From Dicyema japonicum (Eukaryota; Animalia; Dicyemida): a stretch of DNA of 64,000 bases. A program made the translations under genes and the position numbers. Below the pieces are notes generated by a model. It was not told where the DNA came from. It was given only the letters and a program-made list of their open reading frames with translations, and did not search any database. Numbering within the stretch: position 1 is the stretch's first letter; each line of letters opens with the position of its first letter. The stretch is from positions 267,812 through 331,811 of the forward strand of contig RDEW01000051.1 of NCBI GenBank assembly GCA_011109175.1. The letters run 5' to 3'. Shown here piece by piece: positions 37,880-51,087 of the stretch.

Positions 37880-38025
37880 ATCACCAATGATAACTCCACT
37901 GGAGCGGTTTCCACAACAATAAGTAATGGACGTCTTTTACCATTTATGCGATTCCGAATGGACTCTATTAGGTGAAACTAGATACACTAACTAGTTGTTT
38001 ACTTTATCTGTATCCGGGGGTTTTT
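37880..38025 (+). mobile_element. 5'-truncated SINE A1
   Basis: CTCCACTGGAG..GGACGTC..GATACAC..TATCCGGGG aligns with the A1 3' half. Confidence 0.75.
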
Positions 38026-38034
38026 TTTATTTAA

Positions 38035-39830
38035 CCCAAAAACACCAATAGTTAATCTCGTTGAAATTAATTAGGTGATCCCGACGATCATGAAGAGTTT
38101 TCTCAGCTTCTCCCGATGCCGGATTGTTGACCCAACACAGTCACGGTATGGGCGGGGGACAGTGTTCGTGAGAAAGCTCACTGGGGTGATGTGCTTCTGG
38201 AAACTTGACACAGGACGGACTGTCGACGACAGGTCCTTCTGGAGGATTAACGTCAAAAGCTCTTGCCGTTTTGCTCAATAAGATGGTCAAAGGGACTGGG
38301 TGGAATGTTGTTCAGTTTTGAGATGTGCATTATAATAGTCGCAGCTCGACATAGGGTGTTATCAACTTTAAGACGGTTGGTCCACGAGAGATTAAACCCA
38401 TGCTGCACAGGCGTAACTGATTGTTGGCTCGATGAATTGCTTATAGAGAATACCGAGAGCAGGAATGACTTTTTTATTCCACCAAATATGGTTTTGATTA
38501 AACCAATTTTTCTCTGACAAGTTCCAATGGTCTTGTCAATATGGATAGAAGAACACATGTGCGTATCAAAAATTTTAGGGTTCTTCGTAAAAGGGATTTT
38601 TTCGATGTCCAGGAATAGATCCACGGTACATCTTCCGAGCCTTTTATCCGAGGTAAATAGAGTGGTGGAGGATTTTTCGGGAGATATGTTCATCCGGTTT
38701 TGTGTAGCCAAGTTTAAATTTGAAGCAAGAGTTCTTGTAATTTTTTGAAGCATCACGTGAAATAATGAGTAGGTCATCAGCATAAGCGAGAATTATCGAG
38801 TCTTCAATAACTGGGTTGGGAATGTCGGAAAGGTATGAGTTGAATAGGGCAGGAGACAGGGGGAGCATTGGGGAACTCCATTTTGAAGTAATCTTGAGAC
38901 TGATCGAATCCCATCCAAACATACACGCCCTCTCATTCCGCTGAGGAAATTTGAAAGCCATAATTTTATGTTCGAGTTGATAGATAGTCTAAATATTTTT
39001 TGAGTGAGGATTTTTCTGGATACAGAATTGAAGGCCTTTTGTAGGTCGAGACAGCATAAAACCGATTTTAGATGTGGTTTTGCAGAATAGCCTTCAATAA
39101 TGAACTGGTTCAATGAGGTGAGTTGATGTAGATCGGTCTCTCCTGAAACCATGTTGGAGATGTGCAAGGGAAGGGCGGGGTAAATGATATGTAGAACAGG
39201 TTTTTCCAGGAGCTTCGAGGATGAGCATAATAGTGCAATGGGTCTGTACGAAGAGAGTCGTTCTTCGGTCTTCCAGGCTTGAGAATTGGGCGTATGTTGG
39301 ACTGTTTCCAAATGTCTGGAATTTGGTTATGGTTTATTCAAAAATTAAAGATGTTCCGAAGCGCTTCTATTCCAATTGGGCCGAGATGTTTGAGCAAAAC
39401 AGATCAGAACCGCAGGAGAAAAAAGATTTTGTATTTTTAATTTCATTCCAAATATCGGAGCAATATAATGAAGACCTTTTTGGCTTCGTAGACGTAAAGG
39501 AATGGCTGGTTTTCAGGAATTTCTTGTGGCTGATTCCGACATAAAACTTCATTAGGTTGTTTAGTTCTTGACATTTGTTGGCCTGTGTTTTTGGGTTTTG
39601 TATGTGGTCCGAGCTTTTTAATGGTCTTCCACATGTTGTTGGTAGATTTATGCTTGCAAAGACCTCTGATCCTGCTTTCCCAATCATTCCTTTGAGATGA
39701 TTTCAACCTCTGTGCAACTGCGTCGTTGAAGCTCTTGATTTGGCTTCTCCTCCCGGGGAAGGGTGGAAGATTCATTTTAAGCTGCTTCCTTTCTGAGGTC
39801 ATAGTCGACAGACCACGAAATGGTTGTTAA
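38035..39830 (-). mobile_element. I-group (Ingi/Vingi-like) LINE, pre-RT to 3' end, frameshifted
   Basis: SYRPIALLCSSSKLLEK, CLDLQKAFNSV, QNGVPQ, YADDL, ISPEKSSTTLFTSD, IVGIT-stop; no RNase H seen. Confidence 0.92.
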
Positions 39831-39949
39831 TAATTTTATTATTTTTAAACTTATGTTAATATATTAATTTATAATTTTTAACTTATTTTAATATAACATA
39901 AAATAATTAATATACTATATCATTATATTATTGAGATCGTCGAAAAAGA

Positions 39950-40252
39950 AGCCCACTAGTTGAAAAGGGTCTTCATAGCTTCTCCCTGACAAAATTCTCT
40001 GAAGATTAAATTATAAAAACGATTCCGCCAGAGAATGAAGTGATGACCGCGACGGTAGGACATGTGATAAAAATGGAAGAGGGCAGACCTACTTCACTTT
40101 TTTCTTAAGCGGAAGCTTGTAGTGTACTATTGGTATATGGCTTTGGTCGGCACAAACAGATATTCTCATTTGTTCCTTCTTTGGATTAATAGTTATGACT
40201 GTTTGTGCTGAGCTTACCAAGATTGTTAGCCTGGGGTTAATAATAATGAGAC
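39950..40252 (+). mobile_element. Diverged retroposon 3' end
   Basis: Terminates in CCTGGGGTTAATAATAAT, like SINE A1 and the GIT LINEs. Confidence 0.45.
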
Positions 40253-40254
40253 GC

Positions 40255-43105
40255 CCACATCTGAGAATAACTATCGAGATACCTTCTCGAAGCCATCCAG
40301 TCTCAAGTAGATCCTTGGTGACCCTTTGGATCATAAACCCGATCCGACGGACTAGATCGTCCGTTTGGGGGGCGAGGATTCCTTACGTCTCGACAGCAAA
40401 TGAGACGAATAAGTGATCCTCTGAAATTCTTAGTACTTGTTTCTCTTCTAATATTCAGCTTGCTTAGAAGCATTTTAATTTAAAAATAATATTTTTTAAA
40501 TTCCTTTTATTTTTCACAAAATTACGTTGAAGGGAGATTGTGTTATCGTTCCTTCCTATCAGCTTATTCATATTCCAATGTGCCACATTATTATACGAGG
40601 CATGAATAAAGTTCAGCCATGTCTCGTTTTCTTATATTTTGATATAACAATCAGTAGGCCAGAAATTGTCCTATTTAGGACAAAAAATAGGACATTGTCC
40701 TATTTGTTTTATTTCAAATATAAAATTGTCCTAAAATAGGACATAATTTTTATAATTATTTTTTAGGGTCCCCAGGGAGGAACACGGGAGTGCATCCAGC
40801 CACGGTCCGCTCCCATGGTTGGCGGCGGACACGAGGCATGCAAGACGATGCTGGTTGGCCTCAGACTTTAGCACGTCGAAGATATTCTTGAGTAAATATC
40901 ATCCCAGTCACGTTGCCTTGAAGGATCGTTCGGCATATCCAAACCAGTTTCACACCATTCGCAACGAGCTTCGTCGAAGACTTTTTCCCAAGAGAGTCCG
41001 GTTGTAATACGTAGGATTTCTTGGACCAAAAGGCTTCCACTTGAGAGCGATGACACATATGCTGGATAGGCGATCTCAAGCGCCGACCTGAGATCCGTTT
41101 CTCCGATGCGTGTAGGAAGCTTGCATTGGTTCCAACTCGGCGCATCAAAGTGGATGTTTAGAAGCAATTCAGCTGATTTTCTCAATGTCCTATCCAGTGA
41201 CAGGTGGATGTCACGATGTTTGAAGCAGGGAGAACATCGGAGAGCATATAGGAGTTTGGGCAAGCCGATGCTATTCTTCAAAAGGAAGAACGCTGTATGA
41301 CCATCGAGTAAGGAGAGTTCATCCTCTTTTGTTTGTAGATGGCTCCGCAGTTCCTTTTCGTCAAGTGGACACGTAAGAAAGTATTTCCGCTCCCTGAGTA
41401 CGACAGTAATTCCAGGTAGTACCGAGTTGAAAGACTCGACCACGTTGATGAAATCACTCTCTGAGTATGTGATATTTATTAGCTCCAATTTTTTATGTTT
41501 ATCTCAAGTCCGAGGTTTCGTAGTGCCGGCACGGCATGTGACAGAACGTCGTGTACTTTTCTCCACGGCCCTCCAATTGTGGCGTCATCGAGATACCAAA
41601 GGTTAGTTGTGTGTTTATAGAGCGGACAATTTCATCGATGGTCAGAGCGAAGAGTAGTGGACCAAGTGGGTCCCTTGTTGAACTCCAGTCTCCGAACAGA
41701 TAATCTTGTCCCCGAAAACCAGTGAAGAATTGGTTCCGTAAGCGAGGAAGACAAGTGGAATAAGTTCCGGGGCTCGTTTACTTGTAGTTTCGAAAATTTG
41801 ATCCCTCATCAATAAATTGAAGGCATTGCAGATGTCAAGCTTGACCCCAATGTGTGGGTTTTGTTCGTCTTTCTGTCCAAAAAAACACCTCGCAGCATCG
41901 CATCCGTTCCTTACACCAACCCAGTTGGAGGGGAAAAATTCTTCAGATATTCTCGGACAGACAATGCTGCATGCGATTTTCGCTGTCAGTCTTCTGAAAT
42001 AGTTGCGGATGGGGCGGACCCCACCTTCAGGTTTTTTGAAGGCCAATAAATGTGCACTGAAAAGGAGCTCCCTTGCGTGGGGAGGAATATCTCCGTTCAA
42101 AATACGCATAACCAGTTTTGTAATTGATTTGACAAGGTTGCAGCCAGCTTCTGCAGTAGCCTTTGCCGTAAGATCTTGATGTGACCCGGCCGCAAGCCAT
42201 CGATACCTCCACTGCTACTCGCCGCAAACGACGAAATGCCGCGTCGCACTTCGCCTTCGGTGACGGTCATCCTTGACAAATTTCCCGGAAACACGAATGG
42301 GCGGTAATCTTCCGGAGCACATGGATGTTTATGTCTGAGTAGTTCTAGCACCTCAGGTGTCGCAGCCATAACAGTTTCGTCGATGGCGACGACGCGTAAC
42401 GTCGCTCGGGCATCGCCTTCGAATAGTTTGCGGTTCACTCTCTCTTTAAGTTTTTCCGGGCCATTCAAATAAACCGGAGGATTGGAATCAGAATGTCTTG
42501 ATTTCTTGACTTCCGTCTTAGTGAGAGAAAGCACATAGAAAACCTGGATATTCTTCTTCATTTTTGAGAAAGGGAGTTCCAAGTGTCGTGCTTTCCTCCG
42601 TATTCCGTTGATCTCCTTTTGAGTTGATAAATGGAATTCCAAGGGCCATAGGAGCAAAACTGAGAGTTTTAGCCAGGCCTCCAGGTCGTCGGACGTGAGA
42701 GCATCGTCAATTGCAGAGGCCAGGCATGTAGCCGAGGTATCCGGACGGGTCTTGGGATCCTGATTGGGATCTTCCTGGCTTTCATTAGATCCGACAAGAA
42801 GAGCAAGAGGTTGTCCATATCATTGAAGTCTAGAGGCTCGTTTGGTTCAACGTGCTCGTTTGGAATGATCTCTGGGTTTTCCAACCAGTTCCCATGCAGA
42901 CACTGCAGTTCCACAGGCAGAGCGAGCACGCAGCCCGCTGAGACATCTTTATGCATCCAAGGTGGAAAAAGTCACGGCAAGACGAGCAGAAAAGTCCAAT
43001 TTGCGTGCATTGGCAAAACCGCATGTAGAGCATGTAGTGTCCAGTCTCTTGAATGTAATGTGTGTTGCTCCATTGTATGAACGACGCTCCATGATGATAC
43101 AATTA
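40255..43105 (-). mobile_element. Near full-length CRE-like RLE retrotransposon with N-terminal PHD-like finger, interrupted at 40440-40770
   Basis: CSSCRDFFHLGC..WNCSVC, SSGGIDGLRPGH, GGVRPI, KLDICNAFN, GVQQG, WYLDD, LRCSPC, PAYVSS, PWLDALP; C-terminal FAVET..WLREGISIVI at 40260-40440. Confidence 0.92.
40652..40765. mobile_element. DNA transposon terminus (hAT-like) with subterminal AGGACA/TGTCCT repeats
   Basis: CAGTAGGCCAG start followed by several TGTCCT and AGGACA motifs in both orientations. Confidence 0.55.
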
Positions 43106-43189
43106 CTCACAACAAGACCACACGTGATATAAGAATAATTTCTTTATTCAGGTTTGTATTTTATCAATTATTTTGAACTCAAAACCAAG

Positions 43190-44540
43190 GAAAGAAACGA
43201 ACTCGAAAAGTCTGGCCGATTAACTACTGAGGATAAGTTTAGACTGAAGGCTCTGAACAATTAACTAAAAACAGGAGGTAAAGCACAAATATCAAGATGC
43301 AAGCATGTGTTTTCCTCGTTGAATAGTAATAAACCCACTACTGAAGTTTGAAAAACCATCCTAGACGCCTCAAGAGAAGATGAAAGATCGTCCGAGGTGG
43401 ATCACAGCCAAAAGGACTTAAACAACCTAATAAAATACTATGTGAAAATATCCTATAAAGATCATAAGAAGTCGGATGTATCCCCGAAATATCTCAGTTA
43501 ACAGAAAAAGGAACCATATACGATTCACTTCACTGAAAACGACGTGAGATATGCATTGAAAGCCAATAAAACAACCTATTCTAACGGACCGGATAAGATC
43601 CCAATGATCCTCCTAAAGAATCTGGGAGACTATGGAATCGCTGCATTAACGAGCATATTCAATCACTCTATTAACACAAATTATATTCCAGCCTTACGGA
43701 AGCTTGCCCACATACGTCTAATTTTGAAACCCGGCAAAGTGAAGAAGGACCCAGCTTCATACAGACCGGTCGCGTTATTGTATTCGGTGTCGAAAATTCC
43801 GGAAAGGCTGGTTTTTGCGAAAATCAAAAATTTCCTCCCGGACTTGTCATTTCAATATGGTTTAAAAAGGAGAGGTCTACTTTGATCCACATATCTGCAT
43901 TTACTAACTTTATACGATATGGTTTTCTCGCACAGGCTGGACACATGAAGACTGTATTTTGCTCCATAGACGTCCACAAAGCTTTCGACTCTGTATCAAG
44001 GATGATTCTTACTTGGAAAATTTACCAAAGATCCCTGGAAAGATTAAACACTGGTTAGCTAACTTCCTTATAGGTCGGAGAGGACGCGTCTGCATTGGCC
44101 AGTCAAGGTCTATTTCATGGCTTCTCCCTTTAATGGGGTTCCCCAAGGATCCCCATTGTCTCCAGTTTTCTTTATTCATGGCAGACCTCTCCACTCCAGA
44201 CTCCAAAAATGATATTATTCTAACTTATGCTGACGACATCGTCATTGCGTCACGCGATCAGGACATCCAGTTTGCCATTTGGAATTTGCAAGAAAATCTG
44301 GACCGTATGACAAATGGCTATCGAAGAATCGCCTAACTACTAGCAGTGAAAAGTCCGTCACAACCCTATTTACTTCAGACAAGAAACTGGGAAGACGGAC
44401 GGTCGAACTAAAGGCAAACAATGAAGCTATTCCTTTCAGAAAATCCAAAGGGTCCTTGGGGTAACTTTTGACATGCATATGTCATTCTCTCCCCATGTTA
44501 TGTCAGAGTGTTCGCCAAAAGCGTATAAAGAAGACCGAAA
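43190..44540 (+). mobile_element. I-group LINE RT region
   Basis: NGPDKIPMILLKNLG, ASYRPVALL, YADDI, SEKSVTTLFTSD, LGVTFDMH. Confidence 0.9.
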
Positions 44541-44749
44541 ACACAGGTAATTACGAATTTAAATAATAATTTATGCGGGAAGCGGTCTGGCTGAGGCAAA
44601 GAATTGGTATTGCAGTTGTTCGCAAAAACGCTTACCCCGTGATGTCAGCCGCCGCTCTCCCCCATAGTTAATAAATAATATTTTATTGTTAATAAATTTT
44701 TAACAAAAAAATTTTTTTATCAAATCAAGTAGCAAAAACAGTTAATAAT

Positions 44750-45063
44750 AATAACAGCCTATTTCACGGAGCCGTGGTATTAGCTCCGCATAGGCAGGAC
44801 ACACACTTTATTTAAGTAAAGAACAGTTAATTTTAACTAATCGTAGAACCAAGGAATGATCTTCACTTTTATTTTCTTTTTCTTGTGTGTGCGTCCTTTT
44901 TTGACTATTCAGTTCCGCAGTGAGAGTCCACTGATGACGGAGTCACTTGTCAAGCCTTTTGAGCTTCGTAGATGAGTGGAACCTTCCACCAGGTAAACAG
45001 CAGCGAGAATCGAACCTGTAACCTAAGTCACTTTAGCCCGACACCTAACCACTATGCCACCCG
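44750..45063 (-). mobile_element. tRNA-derived SINE family B, full length
   Basis: Reverse complement matches 28134-28418, including A/B boxes and (TTA)n tail. Confidence 0.9.
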
Positions 45064-46994
45064 GCAGAAGAAAAAGCGATCTTACTGAGTGCTGACTTGC
45101 TCATGAGTCTCCCCGTCCCTAAACACATTGCTAATAACTATAATAATGGCTGGGTGCTCTACATTGTGTTATCTGTGGATGTTATTCGGTTAGATGCTCT
45201 TCTGTCAAATGTTGTTGTGTCTATTTGGATATTCCTAATAAAGAACTTTACGGAGATGTCCCAAACAGTATAATCTTAATAGAGGCAATGCGGTGGATTA
45301 TACTGTTGTAGAAAACAAGATGAGATTAAAATTTCTAACCTTTAGTCTTATTGGTCATTTTTAGAAAAAAGAACCCCCTCGTTTTGGTTTTACTAGTTAA
45401 ATTGTCTCATGTGAACCCTCTCTTCCGTCATAGACATAATGCCACTTTCACGTTGTCCTAGTATTCAAACTTCCAGGATTTCCCAACTTTATACGGGCTA
45501 TGCTGCAAATATAGTGTCTTTTAGGGTGTTTGTCTAATTTCCTTGAGGGGTTTACTGGGTTGTCTCCCCACAGTTTTGCTTTCATTTTCTCACAAATTGG
45601 TTAATCATATTCCGTCTGAATTTCAAAAGAGCTGGTCAATCAGTGAAAACCATTGTGAAGGATAGTCAGATTGTTTTTAACCTTATAATGAAAAACTATT
45701 GTTATATTCTGACAATGTTCAAGTTGTGAAATTGGTAGATTCTGCATCCCAGTTCTGTTCTGCCTGTTCCGTCAATAAAAGTTCATTTTCTCTTATTTTA
45801 TTCCTTGTCAAGGACAAGAAAGTCGTGTCTTCACAGATTGCATTGATTTTTGGAACTACGATGAGAAAGAATATGGATACTAGTGTCCTCTACTGCAGGA
45901 TTAAAAAGAGATTCTAAGGATATTTAGTCGACGGCCTGGAAGTGGAGGAGTCCCCAAAGCGATGACATCACAAAGTCATTGTTTAGATCACCTCCCACAT
46001 AGGCTTTATCTGAAATTAGAAGTGTAAAGGTATTCGTTGTGCTTATTTAGTTATTTGTCAATTTAATTGTGCGGGCTATTGTCTTCGAAATTTTGTCTAA
46101 TTTTATCATAACAACCGATATAATGTTAACTATTAGTTTTATCTACACGAAAAAGAGTTGGAATTACTTTTTTTCGGAAACCGAGTTTATTCAATAACAA
46201 AAGTTTGTAGCGGTGGTTAAAAAGTTGATTAATCGGCGACTGTAGAGTTTCGATAGATTGCCAGTTTGTGTACTAACTGCTTGCCGGAAAAATTAGTGAG
46301 TCGTACGAAAATTTAGATTAAGGTGGAATCTCATTATTCGGCCCGTAAGCTAATTAAAAAGGTGAACCCCTCACAATAAGGCAGGAAGACCATCGTATGA
46401 TAGCGATTTGATTAGTTGAAATAACTTTATAAACCGAAAAGAAGATGATCGATGATTGATATCGGTAGTCAAGACCAATGATGATTTTTAAAGAATAATT
46501 TTTTATCGGTAGCCAGACTAAGTTTTTGATTGATACATTTTGTCATCAACTTGTAAGCAAGTCCCTTGCAGACGATCTGGTTCCGTAGTGAAGTATTTAC
46601 TCGTGTACTTATGTACCGTAGATACGTAAAATTTTCTGACGTAATATAGAGTAGCGAGATTCTAAGGGCATCATGACTTATCCCGGGACATATGAAATTG
46701 CGTAATCCCGGCTATATTAAGTTCATAAATTCAGATTGCGATCTATCTTATCGATTCCGACATTTATTTTATTTAACCACAAAATCAGAATGATTTAAAC
46801 CAAGTTAATAATTGACCAAGAAATTAAAAATCGGTTCTTTTTCAATACATGCTTCACGAAAAAAGCTCTAAATAAATTAATGAATTTTTTTGAATATTAG
46901 ATCTAAAAATAAAAAAAATGAACAATGCCGAATTTGTAAATATTATTATAAATTTTTTTAAATAAAATTTTGAATTTTTTACCGGCTTGTGGGG

Positions 46995-47812
46995 ATGAGT
47001 GATATAGTTGTTATGCGAAAATATTCAAAACTGAAGGACTACGAACTACCACATTCTGAAATGGAGTCAGTTGCCTTCCTTCAGGAGGTTGGAATCTTCC
47101 CGAAAGTAAAGAAATGCCTTAAAAGACATTTGATGACCCTTCTCCATCAGCGGGAGAATACAACATGGGTGTGCGATAAAAGCGGGTGTCGAACTTATAG
47201 TTCTGTAGAAATGGTATAATAAGAGAGTACTTTATTTTTAGGTACGTGGCTTGAGGCACGACAGTTTCGTTACAAACCTGTATTCGTTTCATATATATGT
47301 GGAGCTTCGACAGACAAACAATTTTTTGATGTCGGCGTCAACTGGAATGGAGCAACCGCACGATTTGTAATTGGTTTCACTCCCTGCGAGAGGTTTGTGC
47401 AGATTATTTAGCTATATATTCTTGGAAGTAGGTTATTCAACGCCAGATCTTAATGCTCTCGCCTATGTGCACCTCAAAGTTAATCACAGGTTTATCAAAA
47501 TTAGTTTATAATTTTGCAGACGAAATTTTATAGACCCGAGGACAAGTGCACATACGCAGACTGTCGAGAGGTTCACAAAAATTAAATAGGAAAATTTAGA
47601 ATGTAAGGAAGCGCAAAATGCCGCAATAAAAGACAGAGGTACCGCGCGTCACTTCATGGGTTCATATTTTGCAGGTATTAAATACTCCGAGTTATTTTGT
47701 AGAATTTTTGTGGAAAAGGCAAGTGAGCCATTTGGAAAACTCCTTCGGTGAATTAATAGATGCGATCGTTAGATATTGTTCACCGAACATCACGCTGCGT
47801 ATAAACAAGTAA
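46995..47812 (+). pseudogene. Merlin (IS1016/ISXO2-like) transposase relic with four micro-introns; catalytic core deleted
   Basis: Spliced: LQEVGIFP..C..WVC..C..NGTW..NWFHSLREVC / deletion / YVHLKVNH|RNFIDPRTSAHTQTVER|M(stop)GSAKCRNKRQRGTARH..SYFA|EFLWKR; no TIR found. Confidence 0.88.
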
Positions 47813-47845
47813 CCTATTTTTGTAATAATGATTTTTTTTTCGCTA

Positions 47846-48023
47846 TTATTATTATTATTATTATTACCCCCAGGATCACTGGGTCAAAGAGAAAGAAATA
47901 AAAGTTCTCATCTAACTAAGTGATCCCAGACCGACAAAGGTGAGGACGAGTCCGGCGGGGTCGAGAATCCTGAACAGCTCTTCTCATAGGACATGGCATC
48001 GGCTCACAATTTCTGTATGATTG
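47846..48023 (-). mobile_element. Short I-group LINE 3' fragment with (TAA)n tail
   Basis: GGGATCACTTAG (GIT-stop) and GGGGGTAATAATAATAAT terminus. Confidence 0.8.
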
Positions 48024-48259
48024 TAGATAATTCNCCGAACATCACACTGCGTAGAAACAAGTGACCTATTTTTGTATTAATGACTTTTTTTTCGCTAAGG
48101 AAATTTAAATTTTATTTTTTAATAATAAAAAAATAATTAACTTTTTTATTGTTTGTTAAATAAAGTGGGGTGTTTTTTTTATTAAATCATAATTAATAAT
48201 ATTTCTTTTTGATATATTATTAGATAAATTAATATATTTTAATATTCAATAATACTGAA

Positions 48260-48485
48260 GAGCCTAAATTACTTTAAAGCTGAAAGTTACTCAATTATTA
48301 TAAAATCGTATATATTTTAGTATATATATTAATTTTTTAGTAAAAGTTAATAAAATATTTAAGCACGTCATTGAGCCTAAATTACTTTAAAGCTGAAAGT
48401 TACTCAATTATTATGAAATCGTATATATTTTAGTATATATATTAATTTTTTAGTAAAAGTTAATAAAATATTTAAGCACGTTATT
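48260..48485. repeat. 113-bp AT-rich tandem duplication
   Basis: GAGCCTAAATTACTTTAAAGCTG..AAGCACGT starts at 48260 and 48373; near-identical. Confidence 0.85.
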
Positions 48486-48669
48486 GATATGAATTCGTCT
48501 CACGTTACTAAGATACGTAAATATAATCCTGATTATATCAAATATAAGTTTACTTGTATTAAAAAGATGGATTTGAAAGCCCAAAATGTGTTGTTTGTAT
48601 GAAAATTCTGTCACACAATAATATGAACCGACAACTCTTGTAAGACACTTGCACACATGTCATCCCCAT

Positions 48670-48889
48670 CTGATCCATAAAAATCAGAGTATGTTTGTCA
48701 ACAACCGAGTCTCAAATTGAAAAAATTTCCTCAAAAAAAGCAACATCAACCTTCTCATTAATTTTATTGCCTATTTTAATAATAAATTGTGTTTTTAGAA
48801 AAGTAATAATTATTTGACAAAAAAGTTGTAAAAATATGTTGAGGGTCCGCGAATTTTTTATTCACTCACAAAAAGGTTAAGAACCACTG
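48670..48889 (+). mobile_element. hAT Buster right end with transposase C-terminus
   Basis: IRVCLSTTESQIEKISSKK-QHQPSH-stop then TIR AGGTTAAGAACCACTG (48874-48889). Confidence 0.85.
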
Positions 48890-49104
48890 ATTTAGAGCCT
48901 TATTCCGTGAAGCATGTATTGCAAAAGTACAGAAAAATCTCTTTAATAAGAAAAATAAAAAAATCAATACGACTTTAACAATTGTCCGAGCTTGTTCGCT
49001 ATTTGAAATTTCCAAAGCGAATCTGAGTATAGGAACAAAGTAGTTAATTGATTGTTGACTGATGGAGTACTCATTTGGAGATCGCTTTCTAACCACTAAG
49101 AGTG

Positions 49105-49981
49105 NNNNNNNNNNNNNNNNNNNNNNNNNNNNNNNNNNNNNNNNNNNNNNNNNNNNNNNNNNNNNNNNNNNNNNNNNNNNNNNNNNNNNNNNNNNNNNNN
49201 NNNNNNNNNNNNNNNNNNNNNNNNNNNNNNNNNNNNNNNNNNNNNNNNNNNNNNNNNNNNNNNNNNNNNNNNNNNNNNNNNNNNNNNNNNNNNNNNNNNN
49301 NNNNNNNNNNNNNNNNNNNNNNNNNNNNNNNNNNNNNNNNNNNNNNNNNNNNNNNNNNNNNNNNNNNNNNNNNNNNNNNNNNNNNNNNNNNNNNNNNNNN
49401 NNNNNNNNNNNNNNNNNNNNNNNNNNNNNNNNNNNNNNNNNNNNNNNNNNNNNNNNNNNNNNNNNNNNNNNNNNNNNNNNNNNNNNNNNNNNNNNNNNNN
49501 NNNNNNNNNNNNNNNNNNNNNNNNNNNNNNNNNNNNNNNNNNNNNNNNNNNNNNNNNNNNNNNNNNNNNNNNNNNNNNNNNNNNNNNNNNNNNNNNNNNN
49601 NNNNNNNNNNNNNNNNNNNNNNNNNNNNNNNNNNNNNNNNNNNNNNNNNNNNNNNNNNNNNNNNNNNNNNNNNNNNNNNNNNNNNNNNNNNNNNNNNNNN
49701 NNNNNNNNNNNNNNNNNNNNNNNNNNNNNNNNNNNNNNNNNNNNNNNNNNNNNNNNNNNNNNNNNNNNNNNNNNNNNNNNNNNNNNNNNNNNNNNNNNNN
49801 NNNNNNNNNNNNNNNNNNNNNNNNNNNNNNNNNNNNNNNNNNNNNNNNNNNNNNNNNNNNNNNNNNNNNNNNNNNNNNNNNNNNNNNNNNNNNNNNNNNN
49901 NNNNNNNNNNNNNNNNNNNNNNNNNNNNNNNNNNNNNNNNNNNNNNNNNNNNNNNNNNNNNNNNNNNNNNNNNNNNNNNNN
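49105..49981. other. Assembly gap (877 N)
   Basis: Run of N. Confidence 1.
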
Positions 49982-50500
49982 GTGCTTGACTCACTGACCT
50001 CACGTCAGAAGATTCCATCTTTAATGGCACTCCAAATCCCTCAAGGTGGACTTCTTTATAATTGTTAATGGAAATTTGATAATTTCCCTCTTCTGTGCGG
50101 ATGCGCATAGTTTGGAGTTTTCATAAGAAAGCGACCGGAGACTATTTTGTAGTCACTGTTAGTCTCCGCTCCTCCAGGATAATAGGAGTCGTTTTTCTTC
50201 TGAGCAGCATATGGTCCATTTGATTAAAGACGTTGATTATTTTTCCCGCGGAACAAATTCTTTCTCCAATCCACGTATTTTTAAGACGAACTTGGTGTTG
50301 AATGCAAGTGTTGCATAAAAGAAGACTAAATGCAGCAGAAATTGGCCAATATCGATACAGGGAAGTAGTTGATTCCTTTTCCATGCAGACCGATAAAGGC
50401 CTCGTCTCCTTTCTGACTCCATCGCATTCCAGTCTCTAACAACGAGAAGTTGATGTGACGTTTGAAGTTCCGTCATTCATTGTCCTCTCCAATTCATCTT
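49982..50500 (-). mobile_element. Degraded LINE RT fragment
   Basis: YRYWPIS and HQ..LKN..I-type traces; weak. Confidence 0.4.
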
Positions 50501-50696
50501 AGAACTGATCAAGTTCTTACGAATTACTCATAACAAGGGCGATTTTTATTTTGACTTTATTGACGATAAAATTTCAATATTTTGACCTTTTTTGACTTTA
50601 TGATAAATTTATCTACAAAAAAATTTTATTAATATAAAAAAAACTAATCAAAATTTTTATTAAAATACAGAATAATGTAATTCAAAACGTTTTCGG

Positions 50697-51087
50697 TTTT
50701 AAAATTTCGGTCATAGATAGCAATATTTCAAATAAAAAAAATTTCTTTCAACAAATAATGATGTGGAAGGACACTTTTTCAGATAGTTGTATAAACATGG
50801 AGAAATATGTTTTTTTTTCATTTTTGTAATAGAAAGTACTTGATTGACAGATAATCTCGATTCCAATACTTCCTGATTCGACATAAATCGTCCNTTAAAA
50901 TTTCGGTCATAGATAGCAATATTTCAAATAAAAAAAATTTTTCTCAACAAATAATTATGTTGAAGGACATTTTTCAGATAGTTGTATACAAATGGAGAAA
51001 AATGATGTTTTTTATTTATGTAATAAAATGTACTTGATTGACAGACAATCTCGATTTCAGTACTTCCCGATTTCACATAAATCGTCT
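50697..51087. repeat. About 197-bp imperfect tandem duplication joined at a single N
   Basis: TTAAAATTTCGGTCATAGATAGC.. occurs on both sides of N50894. Confidence 0.85.

Noticed and set aside
44925-44990. Hammerhead-like CTGATGA in SINE B
   Set aside because: It lies antisense to the SINE, and no GAAA follows a plausible stem II (CAAG instead).
47770-48097. About 70-bp direct repeat flanking the short LINE fragment, resembling an unusually long TSD
   Set aside because: The second copy begins at an N (48034) and differs at several sites; an allelic overlap at a contig join is an equally good explanation.
49062-50108. Three long ORFs in the track (295-339 aa)
   Set aside because: Artefacts of translating through the N gap.
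50697-51087. 197-bp tandem duplication as a biological event
   Set aside because: The junction is exactly a single N (50894); probably two haplotypes joined by scaffolding.
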